A stretch of 64,000 nucleotides of DNA from the human T2T-CHM13v2.0 reference genome, Homo sapiens: assembly GCF_009914755.1 (NCBI RefSeq), contig NC_060927.1, one strand, 5' to 3'. The notes under the pieces are model-generated. The model made no database searches. It was not told the origin of the DNA and saw nothing but the letters and a program-made list of their open reading frames with translations. Each line of letters begins with the position of its first letter. Position 1 is the first letter of the stretch. Position numbers and translations under genes: made by a program. Of this stretch, positions 61,149-64,000 are shown piece after piece.

Positions 61149-61350
61149 TGAGTCAAGCAAAGCTGCTGTCAGCCCCAAAGAGCAGATGAGCCAAATCAGG
61201 ACTGTAATACCCGTGGTTCCTGCAGGGATTCATTTACCAGAGTTTTGTCCCTGGGGTGGGAAAAAAAAGTGGCACTGTGAAGTGCCACTTCCCAGAGAAA
61301 ACCACTTTGGAAGGCTGGTGACTCATCAAGACAGCCCCAGGTGTGACTCA
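61149..61350. promoter_or_regulatory. Candidate AP-1 enhancer (three TGA(C/G)TCA sites)
   Basis: Sites at 61149-61155, 61319-61325 and 61344-61350 in non-repeat sequence. Confidence 0.55.
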
Positions 61351-61680
61351 GGAGCCTCACTTCAGAAGGTGAACAGTTCAGTCACTGTGTTAGAGACACC
61401 CCGTCATATGCTGCACGCACCCCAACAGCACCCGGCCCTGGCAAGCCTCACTTTGCCTCTGCAAACTGAGCAAAATTCTTGCTTAACCTCATTTTTCCTA
61501 TTTTGTGAAAACATAAGAAGGAAAAAAAAAAAAGGACTGGGAGTTTCTGTTGCCTGTTTGATTTGGGCCAAGAGCCATATTAAAGAACTTTGGCTGCGTT
61601 GCAAACAATTTTATTATTAGTACCAGCATTTTTTTTTCTCCTCTCATGCCAGGATCAATAATGCTATTAAAAAATGTATA

Positions 61681-61996
61681 GTCCAGACACAGTGGCTCAC
61701 GCCTGTAATCCTAGCACTTTGGGAGGCTGAGGCAGGAGGATTGCTTGAGCATAGGAGTTCAAGGCCAGCCTGGGCAACATAGGGAGATCTTATCTCTAAA
61801 AAAAAAAAAATCAAAATATGAGTCGGGCGTGGTGGTATATGCCTGTGGTCCCAGCTTCTTGGGAGGCTGAAGCGGAAGATTACTTCAGCCTGGGAGGTCG
61901 AGGCTGCAGTGAGCCGTGATCATACCACTGCACCCCAGTGTGGGCGGCAGAGCAAAACTCTGTCTCAAAAATAATAATAAAATAAAATAAATAAAA
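61681..61996 (+). mobile_element. Alu (J-like)
   Basis: Diverged consensus. Confidence 0.92.
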
Positions 61997-62199
61997 GATG
62001 TATAAATCACCTTAAGTTTATTGTGTTGGAACTCCACAACAATGTGAGAGTCTATTTCACGATATTATTTCCAGATGTCAAGTATAAAATATGTACTTGG
62101 TAGAGTCTTTATTTCACTTTTCTCCTTTCTCACAAACAAAAACATGGGATGAGAATCAGAAGTAGAGAAAAGATGAGACGCTTTATGAATGGTGAATTA

Positions 62200-62502
62200 T
62201 TATTACTCTTATTTTTTTCTGAGATGGAGTTTCACTCTTTCACCCAGGCTGGAGTGAAGTGGCACAATCTTGGTTCACTGCAACCTCCGCCCCTCAGGTT
62301 CAAGCGATTCTCCTGCCTCAACCTCCTGAGTAGCTAGGATTATAGGCGTGTGCCACCACACCTGACGAATTTTTGTATTTTTAGTAGAGGCAGGGTTTCA
62401 CCATGTTGGCCAGGCTGGTCCTGAACTCTTGACCTCATGTTATCCACCCGCTTCGGCCTCCCAAAGTGCTAGGATGACAGGCATGAGCCACCACGCCCAG
62501 CC
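62200..62502 (-). mobile_element. Alu
   Basis: TSD atgaat(g/a)gtgaatt. Confidence 0.94.
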
Positions 62503-62622
62503 ACATGAATAGTGAATTCTAGAATAATTAATAGGAAGTGGAATATATTCATCCATTTTTTCATTAGACAAGTATTTACAGTGGGGTACATCTTCCATAG
62601 GGATTCAGTTCCAAACTCAGTT

Positions 62623-62735
62623 TTCTTTTGTTTGAAAGAGATGCTGCCCAGGCTGGACTCCAACAGTTGGGCTTAAGTGATCCTCCTGCCTCAGCCTCCC
62701 GAGGCTGGGTCTACACATGCGTGCCACCTTGCTCT
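62623..62735 (-). mobile_element. Degraded Alu monomer fragment
   Basis: tgcccaggctggactc...gtgatcctcctgcctcagcctcccgag. Confidence 0.65.
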
Positions 62736-64000
62736 GCTCCCCAAAATCAGTTTTGGCAAATGTGGAGTGTGGTAAAAATTACCACTGAAAAACTTTTGAA
62801 TATACAGTCCACTAGGCTTTGTGTACATTATATTATCTTTCAGTAAGCCCAATGCAGCCAGTTTCTTCCAGGGTTAGAATATGGTGCTATTTCTACACCC
62901 AAGATCCAGATGAAGTGATGCTGTACCCAAATATGTATGTCGGGATTTGCTAGGCACTCAGTGATGAATTCACGACACTTCAACATGCATACGGTGATGA
63001 GTGCCTGTAATACCTAGGCCCTCAAGGAGCTGGCAGTCAAATGAGCAGGGAGAAAGTGGCAGTGAAACAACGAGCAGTATGGTGGTAAACAGCACAGACT
63101 CTATTGTTTTTGTTATTATAAATGGTCCAGAGCCTGACACTCTGTCTCAACAGCTGTATGTTAGAAATGTTTCCCATATCAACTGCATCTAACATCTAGG
63201 AATCAGCTTCAATCTCACAATAAGTCTTAAAAAGAAGTTAGTATTTTAGAGTAGCCACTAAGCTACTCTAAATGCTAAAATACTTTGACAATTGTTTTTC
63301 CATGCTCTCTGTGCCTAACACGTTTTTAACATGTTGTTTTTTCCAGTTGTTCTTAAATGGGACACTGACCCAGTGCTTGGCTGCTCCGAAGCCACTCCAA
63401 ATGTGAAATATGTCGAAGCTAAAGCTGCACTGCCCTCCTTTCTCTTCTTTCTAATGGGGCCAAGTGAATTAAATGTCACTCATCCCAAAAAAGAAGGCAA
63501 ATCCTCTTTAAAACCAAAAATTCTTTTGGGTTAGGCTAGCTTCTCCTCTATTCATGTGAAGAGATTTAATTCCTTTTTGTTGGTTTTGTTTTTTTCAATT
63601 CTGGGAAGAGGATGAGCCACCCTGGCTCTGGCCATCAGAGCCACTTTCTTTTTGCACATGTTTGAAAGGCATGACACAACTTGAACTGGAAAAAGGGCTG
63701 GCATGAACCCCGGCATCTCAAGAGAGACTAGAGGTGCTTTTCAGAGTGAGGGTCCCATTTTGCAAGAAATTATTTGGAGGATCAAAGACAAAAACTGAGG
63801 CATCGAAAGGGACCAACTTAGGCTTCAGAGGAAGGGGAGAGTGCTACTGGGGACCTTGAAAATAATTATCAGGAAACACAGCTTATGGTTCACATTTCAA
63901 ACCCAGCCTACAATGTTTCTTTACGTGTATTTCTTGGCATCTTCAGTCGAAAATATCACCCAAATGAGGCAGAGTGGTATAGTGGATTTGAGATCTGTTT

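Overview
Human (primate) genomic DNA, Alu-rich, with no prokaryotic features. The window covers the 3' part of WWTR1 (TAZ, the Hippo-pathway co-activator) on the minus strand. Five coding exons were resolved with GT-AG boundaries and consistent phases: 52097-52233, 21585-21787, 7071-7204, 5248-5360 and 36-220 (stop). They encode the C-terminal half of the WW domain through the coiled coil, phosphodegron and the LTWL PDZ motif. The rest is intron: about 38 Alu/FLAM copies, MIR/L2/L1M relics, an MLT1 LTR, DNA-transposon MITEs and STRs. Most notable: (1) a candidate alternative first exon ending at a strong donor at 55133. It is in frame with the WW exon only through non-AUG codons (GTG/TTG/CTG), carries two out-of-frame uATGs, and is flanked by ISRE, GAS, AP-1 and TEAD motifs; it resembles the reported interferon-induced short cTAZ isoform. 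(2) A U6 snRNA/LINE-1 chimeric retrocopy with target-site duplications and a clean loss of the ACAGAGA box, about 60 bp from an exon donor. (3) A probable silent 4-bp TTAA insertion allele at the stop codon. (4) Several small palindromic or tandem structures and candidate enhancers. I cannot show a wholly new biological system. Almost all ORF-track entries are spurious.
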